64,000 nucleotides of DNA from Muribaculaceae bacterium. GTDB lineage: Bacteria > Bacteroidota > Bacteroidia > Bacteroidales > Muribaculaceae. Under the pieces are notes generated by a model, which was not told where the DNA came from, made no database searches, and was given only the letters and a program-made list of their open reading frames with translations. This document shows positions 1 through 9,113 of the stretch, piece by piece. A program made the translations under genes and the position numbers. Numbering within the stretch: the stretch's first letter is position 1; each line of letters opens with the position of its first letter. The stretch is from positions 1,365 through 65,364 of the forward strand of contig JAGCRW010000039.1 in NCBI GenBank assembly GCA_017964485.1, in the 5' to 3' direction.

Positions 1-380
1 GAGACATCGGTTTTCAGCTCTCCTTTATTAGTTGCATCCACTCTTTTCACGCCATCTATGGCAATGAGGCCATCAACCTTGTCGGTAGGAATGCTTATCA
101 CAGCCTGATGCCCAAGTTTTGACAACACAGTGCCGCCTGCCTCACGGATTTGAGCAAACGTGCTCGCTGCATCTTTGGAATCAACTTCCACCACAAGCCT
201 GATGACTGGGTTAGTGTCAATAGCCTTAATCTTCTTTCCGTTTGAGTCAAATCTTGCTGTCTGTTTTTGCATTAACGACAGTTGCGCGCTCGAGGTGAGT
301 TTGTTGTGTGCGCTCGACATGAGAGCCAACGAGCAAGCAACAATTGCAAATAAAGCAATCAAGAATAATCTATTTTTCAT
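1..380 (-). CDS. Secreted subtilisin-like (S8) peptidase paralog, N-terminal part only (gene runs off the left edge)
   Basis: Absent from the ORF track because it stays open to position 1. Manual translation from ATG 380-378 gives MKNRLFLIALFAIVACSLALMSSAHNKLTSSAQLSLMQKQTARFDSNGKKIKAIDTNPVIRLVVEVDSKDAASTFAQIREAGGTVLSKLGHQAVISIPTDKVDGLIAIDGVKRVDATNKGELKTDV with no stop. It has a signal peptide and is colinear with the propeptide of the 1551-aa S8 peptidase at 57044-61699 (KLSAPTQVFLQQRA...; ASVPVDKIEAVARLKSVKQVGIARNARLFTDV). Its ATG overlaps the upstream stop (ATGA at 377-380). Confidence 0.55.
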   Translation of the reverse strand, partial: MKNRLFLIALFAIVACSLALMSSAHNKLTSSAQLSLMQKQTARFDSNGKKIKAIDTNPVIRLVVEVDSKDAASTFAQIREAGGTVLSKLGHQAVISIPTDKVDGLIAIDGVKRVDATNKGELKTDV

Positions 381-1345
381 GATTCTTGTGTTCTATTTTC
401 TGTTTGATTATTATTCTCTGTTTGATCGTTGTCGGAAATCTCGAGGTTTTGTGTCTCTTTCTTTTTCTCCCTACGTTTAAATGTTTTTTTGCTGATATAC
501 ACACCAACAAGAATGGGCACCACCGAACAAAATATTAGATCTCCTATTGCCTTGAATTCATCAGCATAAGATTTAGGTGTTGTCGTCAGAAGTTCGGCTA
601 TTGTCAATGCCAGCGTTGCTAACAAGAAACCGCTTACTAATGTAATAGCTACTCTCCAAAAATTGCCCCAGAAGTTGTATCCAAATAGTTGCCTGTAGGA
701 ATAAAAATAGCACAATGGAAGCAAAATATAGAAATAGTCACCGAAAAAGTCGGCCAGGTCATCCACAATTAGCACCATAACGGCCATGAACACCGTGATG
801 AAAAAATCTTGTGGTAGTGTGTGCTTGGTGTTGCGTGGCGCATAGCGGAAGAGACACCATGTGGGAATTATGAAGAAGCATGTCATGATCAACCATCCCC
901 ATCCCGGACTGTCCTTTGTCCAGGCAAAAAACTGATTGACCAATGACGAGTCGCCTTTAACTGTGGCGGCTTTTTTCATGCCGAACAAATTATCAATAAT
1001 GACACTTATCACTCCCATGACAACCAGCATTTTCACCGGCGGGAACGACACTTGCCGCTTGCCGTTGATATAATCGCTGATGAAATATCCAGGACGCAAA
1101 ATCAGCTGCCACAGGGAATATAGCATAGAACGGTTGCCCATACCCCACACCTCGGCGGTGCTTTGAAGCACACTCTTCCAAGATATCTTGTTCAAGCCGA
1201 CCTTCTGCGAGCAATGCGGGCAATAATTGCCTGAAAAGTCGTTACCGCAATTCTCGCAATGATGGCGATCACTCTCGTCAAAACTCCAATCAAAGGGGTT
1301 GAGCTGCCATGCCTTGAATCGTTTATATCTTTCTTTTAAAGTCAT
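377..1345 (-). CDS. Zinc-ribbon membrane protein (DUF3667-like)
   Basis: N-terminal double CxxC (HHCENCGNDFSGNYCPHCSQK) followed by several hydrophobic helices. Start moved to MTLKERYK (1345) because a TATCTTTG -7 box (minus strand, 1360-1367) lies inside the longer tracked ORF (377-1405). Confidence 0.6.
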   Translation of the reverse strand: MTLKERYKRFKAWQLNPFDWSFDESDRHHCENCGNDFSGNYCPHCSQKVGLNKISWKSVLQSTAEVWGMGNRSMLYSLWQLILRPGYFISDYINGKRQVSFPPVKMLVVMGVISVIIDNLFGMKKAATVKGDSSLVNQFFAWTKDSPGWGWLIMTCFFIIPTWCLFRYAPRNTKHTLPQDFFITVFMAVMVLIVDDLADFFGDYFYILLPLCYFYSYRQLFGYNFWGNFWRVAITLVSGFLLATLALTIAELLTTTPKSYADEFKAIGDLIFCSVVPILVGVYISKKTFKRREKKKETQNLEISDNDQTENNNQTENRTQES

Positions 1346-1503
1346 AAAAAATCTTTTTGCAAAGATAATGGTTTTTTCTTTCAAAATGACAATTCTGTGA
1401 GGCATTTAGATGAAAAGGAGCGAACAATTCTACCTTTTTTGGGGGAATAAACAAAGTTTTGTGACGAATGGTAATATTATTTCATCATATCCCCAAAAAT
1501 TTG

Positions 1504-1511
1504 TATCTTTG
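1504..1511 (+). promoter_or_regulatory. Bacteroidetes-type -7 promoter box TATCTTTG
   Basis: Exact TAnnTTTG match 31 nt upstream of the ATG at 1542. Confidence 0.5.
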
Positions 1512-1541
1512 CGAAAAAGAACTAAACAACGATATTTGATT

Positions 1542-2726
1542 ATGATTAAGGATTTCAATTTTTACGCCCCCACAAGGGTGGTCTTTGGCCGTGAGTCGGA
1601 GAAGAAGATAGGTGAACTAGTTACTGCCAATGGTGGCAAGAAGGTATTAATCCACTATGGTGGCGGTTCGGCGCAGCGTTCGGGTCTGCTTGACGTGGTG
1701 CGAGAGAAATTGCGTGATGCTGGCATCGCATTTTGCGAACTTGGTGGTGTGGTGCCAAACCCATTGCTATCAAAGGTGCGCGAGGGCATAGAACTGTGCC
1801 GCCGCGAGGGTGTGGACTTTATCCTTGCTGTGGGCGGTGGCAGTGTAATTGACTCTTCTAAGGCAATAGGCTATGGTGTGCCTTACGATGGCGATGTATG
1901 GGACTTCTGGGCAGGAAAAGCTGTACCCAAGCAATGTTTGCCCATCGGCGTGGTGCTTACCATCCCTGCTGCAGGAAGCGAAATGTCGTCGAGCTGCGTA
2001 ATTACCGCCGACGAAGGGCTGCTCAAGCGTGGCATTAACAGCGACCTATGTCGATGCCGATTTGCAGTGATGAACCCCGAGCGCACTTTCACTCTACCGC
2101 CCTACCAAACCGCAGCCGGAGCTACCGATATCATGATGCACACCATGGAGCGCTACTTCTCAAAGTATGAGGACATGACGCTAACCGACGCCATTAGTGA
2201 GGCGTTGTTACGCACAGTCAAAGATTCGGCACTCGTGGTGATGCGTAATCCCGAGGATTATCGTCATCGTGCCCAAATTATGTGGGCTGGTTCGCTGGCA
2301 CACAACGACTTGACCGAGTGTGGCACCGAGAAAGACTTTGCCACCCATCGTCTCGAGCATGAGCTTAGCGCGCTCTTCGGTGTCACTCATGGCGCGGGAT
2401 TGGCTGCTATCTGGCCTTCATGGGCACGCTATGTCAAGGACAAGCATCTGAGCCGATTTGTGCAGTTTGCCGTAAATGTGATGGGAGTTCCCAACGACTT
2501 CTCGCATCCCGATGATACTGCCGAGCGTGGCATTTGTGCCGTCGAGGAATTTTATCGCCAGATTGGCATGCCTACCAATATACACGAACTGCTGGGACGC
2601 GAAATCACCGACCAGGAGATAGACACAATGGTCGACAAGTGCTCACGCGGCGGCACCATCACCCTAGGTGCCATGGAGGTGCTCGATGCCAAAGCCATGC
2701 GCGACATCTATCTCCTGGCCCGCTAG
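1542..2726 (+). CDS. Iron-containing (group III) alcohol dehydrogenase, butanol-dehydrogenase/YqhD-like
   Basis: MIKDFNFYAPTRVVFG start typical of the family; GGGSVIDSSKA nucleotide-binding motif; metal-binding His cluster (HRLEHELSALFGVTHGAGLA). The start inside tracked ORF 1410-2726 was chosen because the promoter box at 1504-1511 lies within the N-terminal extension. Confidence 0.85.
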   Translation: MIKDFNFYAPTRVVFGRESEKKIGELVTANGGKKVLIHYGGGSAQRSGLLDVVREKLRDAGIAFCELGGVVPNPLLSKVREGIELCRREGVDFILAVGGGSVIDSSKAIGYGVPYDGDVWDFWAGKAVPKQCLPIGVVLTIPAAGSEMSSSCVITADEGLLKRGINSDLCRCRFAVMNPERTFTLPPYQTAAGATDIMMHTMERYFSKYEDMTLTDAISEALLRTVKDSALVVMRNPEDYRHRAQIMWAGSLAHNDLTECGTEKDFATHRLEHELSALFGVTHGAGLAAIWPSWARYVKDKHLSRFVQFAVNVMGVPNDFSHPDDTAERGICAVEEFYRQIGMPTNIHELLGREITDQEIDTMVDKCSRGGTITLGAMEVLDAKAMRDIYLLAR

Positions 2727-2751
2727 CTACGGCAATCAATAATTAAACACA

Positions 2752-3240
2752 ATGGATAAAGAAACCTTTGAGGCTCAAAAACGCTTTGCCGGCGAGAAGA
2801 AACCATCGATGCTTCGCCGTTGTGTGGGGCACGACTATACAGGCCGGCAAATCTACATGATCACAATGGTGACCGAAGGGCGACGGCCTCTCTTTGGCGA
2901 TGTAATGGGGAAAAGCGATGCGCCTAATGGCAGCAGTGATGCCCCAACCATCATTCTCTCAGAATTGGGACAGCGCGTTGCCGACGAGTGGTGGGCGGCA
3001 TCGAAGCATCATCCTGAAATAGAGGTCATCGCACTACAAATGATGCCCGACCACTTGCATGGCATCCTCTTTGTAAAGAAGACAATGGAGAAGCCTCTTG
3101 GCATGGCACTTCGTGGTTTCAAGCAGAGCTGCAATCGTCACTACCGCGAGCTGGTGCTTGGGGTTCCTCCCGTTCTTGGTGCTCCCCCCGTTCCGTCTTT
3201 TGCGTTGCAACGCAAATTAAATGTCTGCCTCACATTTTGA
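2752..3240 (+). CDS. IS200/RAYT-like HUH (Y1 transposase-like) domain protein, possibly truncated
   Basis: HDYTGRQIYMITMVTEGRRPLFG and the HUH motif MPDHLHGILFV match the REP-associated tyrosine transposase / IS200-like pattern. The protein ends about 60 aa after HUH in a Pro/Val-rich tail, with no recognisable catalytic-Tyr helix. Confidence 0.5.
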   Translation: MDKETFEAQKRFAGEKKPSMLRRCVGHDYTGRQIYMITMVTEGRRPLFGDVMGKSDAPNGSSDAPTIILSELGQRVADEWWAASKHHPEIEVIALQMMPDHLHGILFVKKTMEKPLGMALRGFKQSCNRHYRELVLGVPPVLGAPPVPSFALQRKLNVCLTF

Positions 3241-3254
3241 AGCAGACATTTTTC

Positions 3255-4079
3255 TTATTCTATAGGAATCTGGATTATTGACAGCCATTTCTCTGGGTCT
3301 TCCTGATTCCAGGCTCCGTAGATGTAGCATGTGCGATGCTGACCGATAGGCTTGTAGCCATGCTCCTCTATGTAACGGAAAGCTTCTATGTACGATTCGT
3401 AGAATCTTTCATACGGGCCGACGTGCTTCATGCGTAGCACCTTGGGTACTGCTGGCAGACGCTTGAACTGGATGAAGGCGCTGTCCTCACCCATCTCCTC
3501 CACCTGTTCACAATACTCGATGTCGATGTCCGTTAGTGTATACTCCTTGTTGTGCACCACGGTGAAGCAATAGCCAGGCGGCGGACACTTACAACCGAGG
3601 CGCTGCATTTCGGGGCCAATCTTCTCGACACACAGCGGACCTAGGGCGGCGTAGTTGGGGACAATTTCACGATGGGTTGCCACGATGATTTCGGGCAATG
3701 ACTGAATGCTGAATTTTTCCATTGTCTTCATTTCTTTGCGAGCGTTCCTCCAGTCGAGCAGTAGGTTGCAGCGGGCTATTAGTGCTTTCAGCTGTGCTTC
3801 CGTTTCCTTGATCTTCTCAGTTAGTTGCTGGATACTTGGGATATGCGAGTTGTCGTCAAACAAATCCTTGATCTCATCCAACGAGAAACCGAGACGTTGC
3901 AGGTCGCGGATAGCTTGCAGCTTCTGCATCTGGTCGATGCTGTAATAGCGGTAGCCTGTCCACTCGTCCACCTCGTCAGGCAACAGCAGACCCTTCTGCT
4001 CATAATGACGCAGTGTCTTTACCGTGACCTGCAGCAACTGTGAGAACTCTCCGATTGTCAACTTTGTTCTCTTACTCAT
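3255..4079 (-). CDS. MerR-family transcriptional regulator with GyrI-like effector-binding domain
   Basis: N-terminal MerR HTH (LTIGEFSQLLQVTVKTLRHYEQKGLLLPDEVDEWTGYRYYS), coiled-coil linker, and a C-terminal ~150-aa GyrI-like region (BmrR-type architecture). Confidence 0.85.
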   Translation of the reverse strand: MSKRTKLTIGEFSQLLQVTVKTLRHYEQKGLLLPDEVDEWTGYRYYSIDQMQKLQAIRDLQRLGFSLDEIKDLFDDNSHIPSIQQLTEKIKETEAQLKALIARCNLLLDWRNARKEMKTMEKFSIQSLPEIIVATHREIVPNYAALGPLCVEKIGPEMQRLGCKCPPPGYCFTVVHNKEYTLTDIDIEYCEQVEEMGEDSAFIQFKRLPAVPKVLRMKHVGPYERFYESYIEAFRYIEEHGYKPIGQHRTCYIYGAWNQEDPEKWLSIIQIPIE

Positions 4080-4213
4080 ATCGCGCGATGTTTTATGCTA
4101 AGCAATTACAAAGTAAATGCCTGCCCTAAGGGACGAGTCAAGTAGAAATGAAAACTTTAACGCAAATTTAACTATTTAACATCTTTAGTTTCGATTTTAT
4201 TTGAAGAAAGCGT

Positions 4214-5287
4214 CTAGTATTTGAAGAAAGCATCTAACACCTTCTGAAAGACATCATTTGGAGCCACTTTATTGAAGAGATTCATGCTAGTTTGGAGTTT
4301 ATTCACATCGGTTTTTCCTCCCATTATGGTGTCAATATCCTTCTTGCCCGCATGCGTGAGTAATGCTTCGCATATTTCTCTAAGTCGGGCGCCAAGAATG
4401 GGGTGAGCAAGATAGGCACAAGCCTCGTCAATACCATCTAGTGCATAGAATTTTGAATTTTTACTATGACCTAATTCATCTTTCTTTCCCTTTTGCTGAG
4501 GGAAGATATACCATATCCAATGTTTTCTCTTTTGACCAGAACGCATTTCCTCTAACGCAATGAGATAAGCCTTTTCCTGAGCTGTAACGTATCGTTCTAA
4601 ATCAAAATCCTTGTTGCCAGGATGACCGATAACAGACCAGAAAGAAGCCGGAAGACATATGTTGTCAATTTCTCGGCATGCCTTGAAGAGAGGAGCTACT
4701 TGAGCAACTGAATGTCCTGCAATGCCGCAGCCTATGGGCGTCACAAGGAATCTCTTTTCGGGATGAGCCTCAGCAAACTCGCAGAACTGTTTCACATATT
4801 CGCCCATCTCAGTGAGTCCACTCATGGATGGAATGGCATAACTCATTCCCTGCATGCCATTGCCTTGTCCCATAACTGCACCAAATTTATCCACGGCAAC
4901 TTTAGCGGCACCTCCATGGTGAAGGCCTTGTTTATTAGATCCGAAGACAAACACCTCGTTGGCTGCAAGGCGAGTTATCTCATCGGGGGTCACATGGCTT
5001 TCTGGATTATTAGGTGATACCTCAAGTTTTGCCTGCTCTTCTGCTTTTAATATCTCCACCTGTTTTCTCCACTCCTTGAGGAAATCTTTCATATCAAATT
5101 CTACATCCTTCAGTTCTTCCTTTTTGAAAATTCCGCTTTTAACCAAATATTTCTCAATCTGTTTGCGAAGAGAGTCTTTCGATTTATAGACCGCCATCTG
5201 CTTAGGATCTAATTTAAATGAAATTGATTTTCCCGTCTTCTTACCATTAATTGTTTCAAACTTAATTGCTGTAATGTTAATTCTCAT
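4214..5287 (-). CDS. Fusion protein: unknown N-domain + A1S_2505/SLOG-like Rossmannoid domain + DUF1810-like domain
   Basis: Middle domain: VFVFGSNKQGLHHGGAAKVA...GMQGMSYAIPS...RFLVTPIGCGIAGHSVAQVAPLF. C-terminal domain: HWIWYIFPQ...LGHSKNSKFYAL...AYLAHPILGARL, the pattern I associate with DUF1810. Confidence 0.55.
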   Translation of the reverse strand: MRINITAIKFETINGKKTGKSISFKLDPKQMAVYKSKDSLRKQIEKYLVKSGIFKKEELKDVEFDMKDFLKEWRKQVEILKAEEQAKLEVSPNNPESHVTPDEITRLAANEVFVFGSNKQGLHHGGAAKVAVDKFGAVMGQGNGMQGMSYAIPSMSGLTEMGEYVKQFCEFAEAHPEKRFLVTPIGCGIAGHSVAQVAPLFKACREIDNICLPASFWSVIGHPGNKDFDLERYVTAQEKAYLIALEEMRSGQKRKHWIWYIFPQQKGKKDELGHSKNSKFYALDGIDEACAYLAHPILGARLREICEALLTHAGKKDIDTIMGGKTDVNKLQTSMNLFNKVAPNDVFQKVLDAFFKY

Positions 5288-5395
5288 AGTATTTATTTGT
5301 TATTTCTCACGGCAAAAGTACTACGAATAATTCAATCTACCAAATATTTTGCGTACTTTTTACACAAAATAATTAAATTTTTTACCCATCTCTGG

Positions 5396-5893
5396 CTATT
5401 TTGCTGATTGGCAACCCCTTATAAAATACCCTTCTTGCACGGCGGCAAAGGTTGCTACAACAGCAACAATAGCAAGTGGAATGATAGACCAAAATGTCAT
5501 AGGGACTGCAATGAATAGCAAGAATCCCGTAACCTTGTTGGCGATTGTGTGAGGAAAGCTGCATTTTCCTGACATCAAAAGTGCCAACACCTGATTTGCG
5601 ATTTTTATCACAACTATCACTCCAGCCCAAATCCACAGCCATAATGGAAGTTCGAAAACTGGCAGTAGTTTCAAACCACAACACGCCACAAAGCAAATAT
5701 CGGCCACGCTGTCTAACAAAGCACCTGTTTTGGTTGCGCAATCGAATTTCCGTGCAAGCCATCCATCTGCCATGTCGCTGATACCACATGCGAGATAGAT
5801 TCCCCAAAACACCACACTCGTCACGTCACAAAATAGGAGACCGATAGCTCCAACTATCCTCAATGACGACAGGATGTTCGGCAAGGCTCTCAT
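5396..5893 (-). CDS. CDP-alcohol phosphatidyltransferase family protein
   Basis: Perfect D(x2)DG(x2)AR(x8)G(x3)D(x3)D motif in DMADGWLARKFDCATKTGALLDSVAD. Small multi-pass membrane protein. Confidence 0.75.
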   Translation of the reverse strand: MRALPNILSSLRIVGAIGLLFCDVTSVVFWGIYLACGISDMADGWLARKFDCATKTGALLDSVADICFVACCGLKLLPVFELPLWLWIWAGVIVVIKIANQVLALLMSGKCSFPHTIANKVTGFLLFIAVPMTFWSIIPLAIVAVVATFAAVQEGYFIRGCQSAK

Positions 5894-5902
5894 AGGTTAC
5901 TT

Positions 5903-6634
5903 TTACTCTATCACAAAACTTCTTGGATAGTAATCGCTGTAGAAGCGACCATCGATAGCTGTGAACTTCAACACACAATAGTTCGGATCAGTCACGCCAC
6001 CAGGATAATACTCTGTGTCGCCGTCACGCCAAATCATCTCCTTTGATGCGGCATCGGTCAGCACTTCCATTGTGCCACGCAACATCATGGCTTTAAAGCC
6101 TTTGTTGTCGCAGAAGTAGATTGAGGCCTTGGAGTTGGCTTTGTAGTGAGCCACCCGAAGCGAAAAAGTGTTGGTAGTGAAATAAAACACCTTAATTCCC
6201 TCGCGAACACGTGGCGACAACATCGCCTTGGTGCAGGGGTAACCCTCCTCGTCAACCGATGAAATAAAGGTAATGGGCAGTGTGTCAGCCATCTTGGCAA
6301 TCAGGTCTTTAACGCCCGCCAATGCTGGATTTTCTGGAACTGTCTCACCGATGGTAAGTTCCTTGCGCCAACGCTTCAGATGCGGGAAATACATCTTCAT
6401 CTGGCCAATATATTCTTCCTTTGTGATGGGTTGAGGCAGACCCTTGTTCACCTCATCGACAAACTGTGCGCAATGCTCAATCATCTCCTCCATAGTGCAG
6501 TCTTGCAAGAACCTGCCATCCTTATAGCAATAGATGCAATACTCTTCGTTCTTACTACCGTCGGCATTAGTACCGAGCACATTCTCGGTGAGCGGCATTC
6601 CGCAGCTTTGACAAAATTTCATTTCTTCTCCCAT
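5903..6634 (-). CDS. Zinc-ribbon domain + pyridoxamine-5'-phosphate-oxidase-like (FMN-binding split barrel) protein
   Basis: N-terminus KFCQSCGMPL...EEYCIYCYKDGRF (zinc ribbon). The C-terminal ~130 aa resemble PNPOx-like/general stress protein 26-type barrels. Alternative start at 6622 (MKFCQSCG). Confidence 0.6.
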   Translation of the reverse strand: MGEEMKFCQSCGMPLTENVLGTNADGSKNEEYCIYCYKDGRFLQDCTMEEMIEHCAQFVDEVNKGLPQPITKEEYIGQMKMYFPHLKRWRKELTIGETVPENPALAGVKDLIAKMADTLPITFISSVDEEGYPCTKAMLSPRVREGIKVFYFTTNTFSLRVAHYKANSKASIYFCDNKGFKAMMLRGTMEVLTDAASKEMIWRDGDTEYYPGGVTDPNYCVLKFTAIDGRFYSDYYPRSFVIE

Positions 6635-6660
6635 TTTTTTATTTGTTATTATTGATTATT

Positions 6661-8808
6661 CTAATTTCTCATTCTCTGCTGTGCGTCCTTGCCGGCGCCT
6701 GTGCCACGGTACTTGCTCGGAGTGACATTGAAGCGGTAGAGCAAGGTAAATTGTAATTTATGGGTCGAGTAGCGGTTGTTTTGTTGAATTTTGTAAAATC
6801 CCATATCGCCAAACTCGTTCATGTGATTGCGTTGTAGTATGTCGGTCACTGCTGCCCGCAGAGTAAGGGCTTTGTTGCAGAAACTCTTTTGAAGCACTAC
6901 GTTAAGCCGCACGTTGTTGTAGTCGTCATAAAAATTTTGAGTGTGACCGCAAGACCTAAACATCATGTTGACATCGATACGCCAATCGTGCTTGAAACTA
7001 AACATGTTAAAGACGTTGACATTGAAAATGGGTTTGTTGAATGTCTCTCGCCTCATGCCACCAGGAGCGTGAGGGTCTTCGAGGTCAAGGAAGAAGTTTT
7101 GTTTGTCAAAGCCTGCCGAGGCATTAAGAGACCAAAGTCCCACTTGTGGTGCCGCCGAAATATACATACTGTAGGTATTGACTGGCTTGTCGAGGTTGAT
7201 ATGCTTGATAAGCACGGCATCGTCGTCAATGACAAAAGACCATTGCGTAATTGCATTTTTGCAGCGGCTGTAGGATGTCGTGAAGGTGAGCCATCGCCAA
7301 GTAGCGTTGAAGGTTAGGTCCTGTATGCGCTCGTTGAGCAGTTGCGAATTGCCAGCCTGCATAGAGTAGCGACTAATGTAAGTCACTGCATCGTTCATTG
7401 CAAAGAAGATGGGACGGTTTGTCTTGAAGCTGTAAGCCAACGACAGATTCACTGGACCGACCCCAACAGAATAGGATGCTGTGGGGAAAAACTCATCCTG
7501 GTTTCTATGAAGGAAATCGCTGTTTGTCACGTCTTTGTAATCAAATAGCGTGTGCTCATAACGCAGCCCCACGCTTGCCTGTCCCCCACGCTCAAAATTA
7601 ATGCTGTATTGAGCAAAAGCAGCAATGTTATTCTCTTTGATGTCGGCATCGGTATTTGGAATCGATGGTTTGTCAATCCAATAGGTACTGTGGCGTTTGA
7701 CGAATGTCATTTCAGAGCCCACTTCAAAGGAGCCCTTCCACACTGGGTAAGAAAGCACCAGTTTGGTAGCGTATAGGTGGCTCCTAGTGCCCGATGCGCT
7801 TTTCACAAATTCGCTGTCAACAAGGCTGTTTTCCACATTCTCGCGATCGGTGTCGGTGCCCGACGACATAAAATCGAAGTTGAAGTCTATGCCCAGCTTG
7901 CCAGCTTTTCCGTTGTAATAGGCGTTGGTGAGGAAAGCCATTGGCTTTGTCTCTTTGCTCGTCTGCTCCGAATAGAGGTGGTCGAGGAACACGCCATTTT
8001 CATAGATGTCCTCGTCATAGATTACCATGTTGGTGCCACCCAGGAAGTGTGTCATGTCGGCACGCACACCCACCGAATGGTTGTCGCTGATCTGCCAGTT
8101 GGCCCCTGCCGTATACACCAGTTGGTTGTTCTTCCATGTCATGGTGTAGGAACCCTCTTGATGGAATACCTTGCTGGTGCTGGTTGTTTCCTCAAGCCAA
8201 CTGTACTGGTGGTAGTTTTGTCGGCGATAAAAGATGCTGCCAAACACGTCAACATTATCCTTGCGGTAGTTGATGCTGAGTTTGCCGTTGGGGGTATTAA
8301 AACCATAGCGCAAGTCCTGCTCATCGGTGAGCGCAAGGTTTACACCAACTCCATCGCCTTGCTGGCGGCGTGTGCGGATGCGCACCACTGCCCTCACTGT
8401 GGCATCATATTGCGCTCCGGGATTGTTAATGACCTCCACATCGCGGATGTCCTCGCTACGCAACCTCTTCAACTCACTTTCATCACGCATGATTTGTCCG
8501 TTGATGTAGATGAGCGGGCTGCCTTTTCCGAGCACTTGAGGGTTGTCTTCAGTGCCAGTCATTCCCGGCACCTTAATGAGCATTTCTCCTATCGTCCCAG
8601 AGGCAGCGAGAGCGGTGCCCTCGATACGGGTTACAATGGCACTGCCCTTGAGACGAGTATTGGGGTAATAGCCTTTTACGACTACTTCCATCAACTCCAT
8701 CATCTGATCGTCGTATGGAATAGAGTCTTGTTCTGATATTGAGTTCTGTGCCAGCGCATTCATGCAACCGGCGCAAACAAGAAGCCCAAAGAATAAATGT
8801 TTTATCAC
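6661..8808 (-). CDS. TonB-dependent-type outer-membrane receptor (plug + OMP_b-brl_3-like beta-barrel)
   Basis: Signal peptide, plug-like region (GTIGEMLIKVPGM...LIYINGQ...DIRDVEVINNPGAQYDA), long beta-strand-rich C-terminus ending ...LQFTLLYRFN plus a short charged tail. Confidence 0.75.
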   Translation of the reverse strand: MIKHLFFGLLVCAGCMNALAQNSISEQDSIPYDDQMMELMEVVVKGYYPNTRLKGSAIVTRIEGTALAASGTIGEMLIKVPGMTGTEDNPQVLGKGSPLIYINGQIMRDESELKRLRSEDIRDVEVINNPGAQYDATVRAVVRIRTRRQQGDGVGVNLALTDEQDLRYGFNTPNGKLSINYRKDNVDVFGSIFYRRQNYHQYSWLEETTSTSKVFHQEGSYTMTWKNNQLVYTAGANWQISDNHSVGVRADMTHFLGGTNMVIYDEDIYENGVFLDHLYSEQTSKETKPMAFLTNAYYNGKAGKLGIDFNFDFMSSGTDTDRENVENSLVDSEFVKSASGTRSHLYATKLVLSYPVWKGSFEVGSEMTFVKRHSTYWIDKPSIPNTDADIKENNIAAFAQYSINFERGGQASVGLRYEHTLFDYKDVTNSDFLHRNQDEFFPTASYSVGVGPVNLSLAYSFKTNRPIFFAMNDAVTYISRYSMQAGNSQLLNERIQDLTFNATWRWLTFTTSYSRCKNAITQWSFVIDDDAVLIKHINLDKPVNTYSMYISAAPQVGLWSLNASAGFDKQNFFLDLEDPHAPGGMRRETFNKPIFNVNVFNMFSFKHDWRIDVNMMFRSCGHTQNFYDDYNNVRLNVVLQKSFCNKALTLRAAVTDILQRNHMNEFGDMGFYKIQQNNRYSTHKLQFTLLYRFNVTPSKYRGTGAGKDAQQRMRN

Positions 8809-9113
8809 TTTATTATCGTTATTACTAATGTATGGATATATAGAGGTATGGCTCTAATACGCTTTCACTATTTTGACACAAAAGTAAATAAAAAACTTCA
8901 CTACTCAACGTTTTTTGTTAAAAAATGAATTCTCCATCATCCTTCTGACACCAACAATGCCGAGATTCCTATGCCTTTCCTCAAGCCAGTGGTCTTGCCT
9001 GTCACTTTCGTGAAAACTGATTACTTTCATTGATTTGTTGTTTTATCTATTGCAAAATTACCATTTTATGGCAATACTCACAAATTAATCTGCCACCTGG
9101 CCGAAATGATAAA

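Noticed and set aside
160-480. 106-aa plus-strand ORF at the left edge
   Set aside because: It overlaps the untracked minus-strand frame, which encodes a signal peptide and an S8-propeptide-like sequence, and also the 3' end of the DUF3667-like gene. Its product has no features.
1410-1541. N-terminal extensions of tracked ORFs (1410-1541 adh, 10850-10939 LytTR, 21163-21285 lepB, 38048-38089 antiporter, 1346-1405 DUF3667)
   Set aside because: The extensions are low-complexity or hydrophobic read-through of promoter DNA and contain the TAnnTTTG box that should precede the transcript. Internal Met codons give N-termini typical of the families.
7777-8736. 319-aa plus-strand ORF opposite the TonB-type receptor, and 310-aa ORF 36966-37898 opposite the CPA2 antiporter
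   Set aside because: Same reasoning: fully nested antisense to genes with clear family signatures, with low-complexity products.
8905-9030. 41-codon minus-strand ORF (MKVISFHESDRQDHWLEERHRNLGIVGV...) in the spacer upstream of the TonB-type receptor, possibly a remnant of an acetyltransferase-like gene
   Set aside because: It is too short, the resemblance to GNAT N-termini is only an impression, and I cannot support it without a search.
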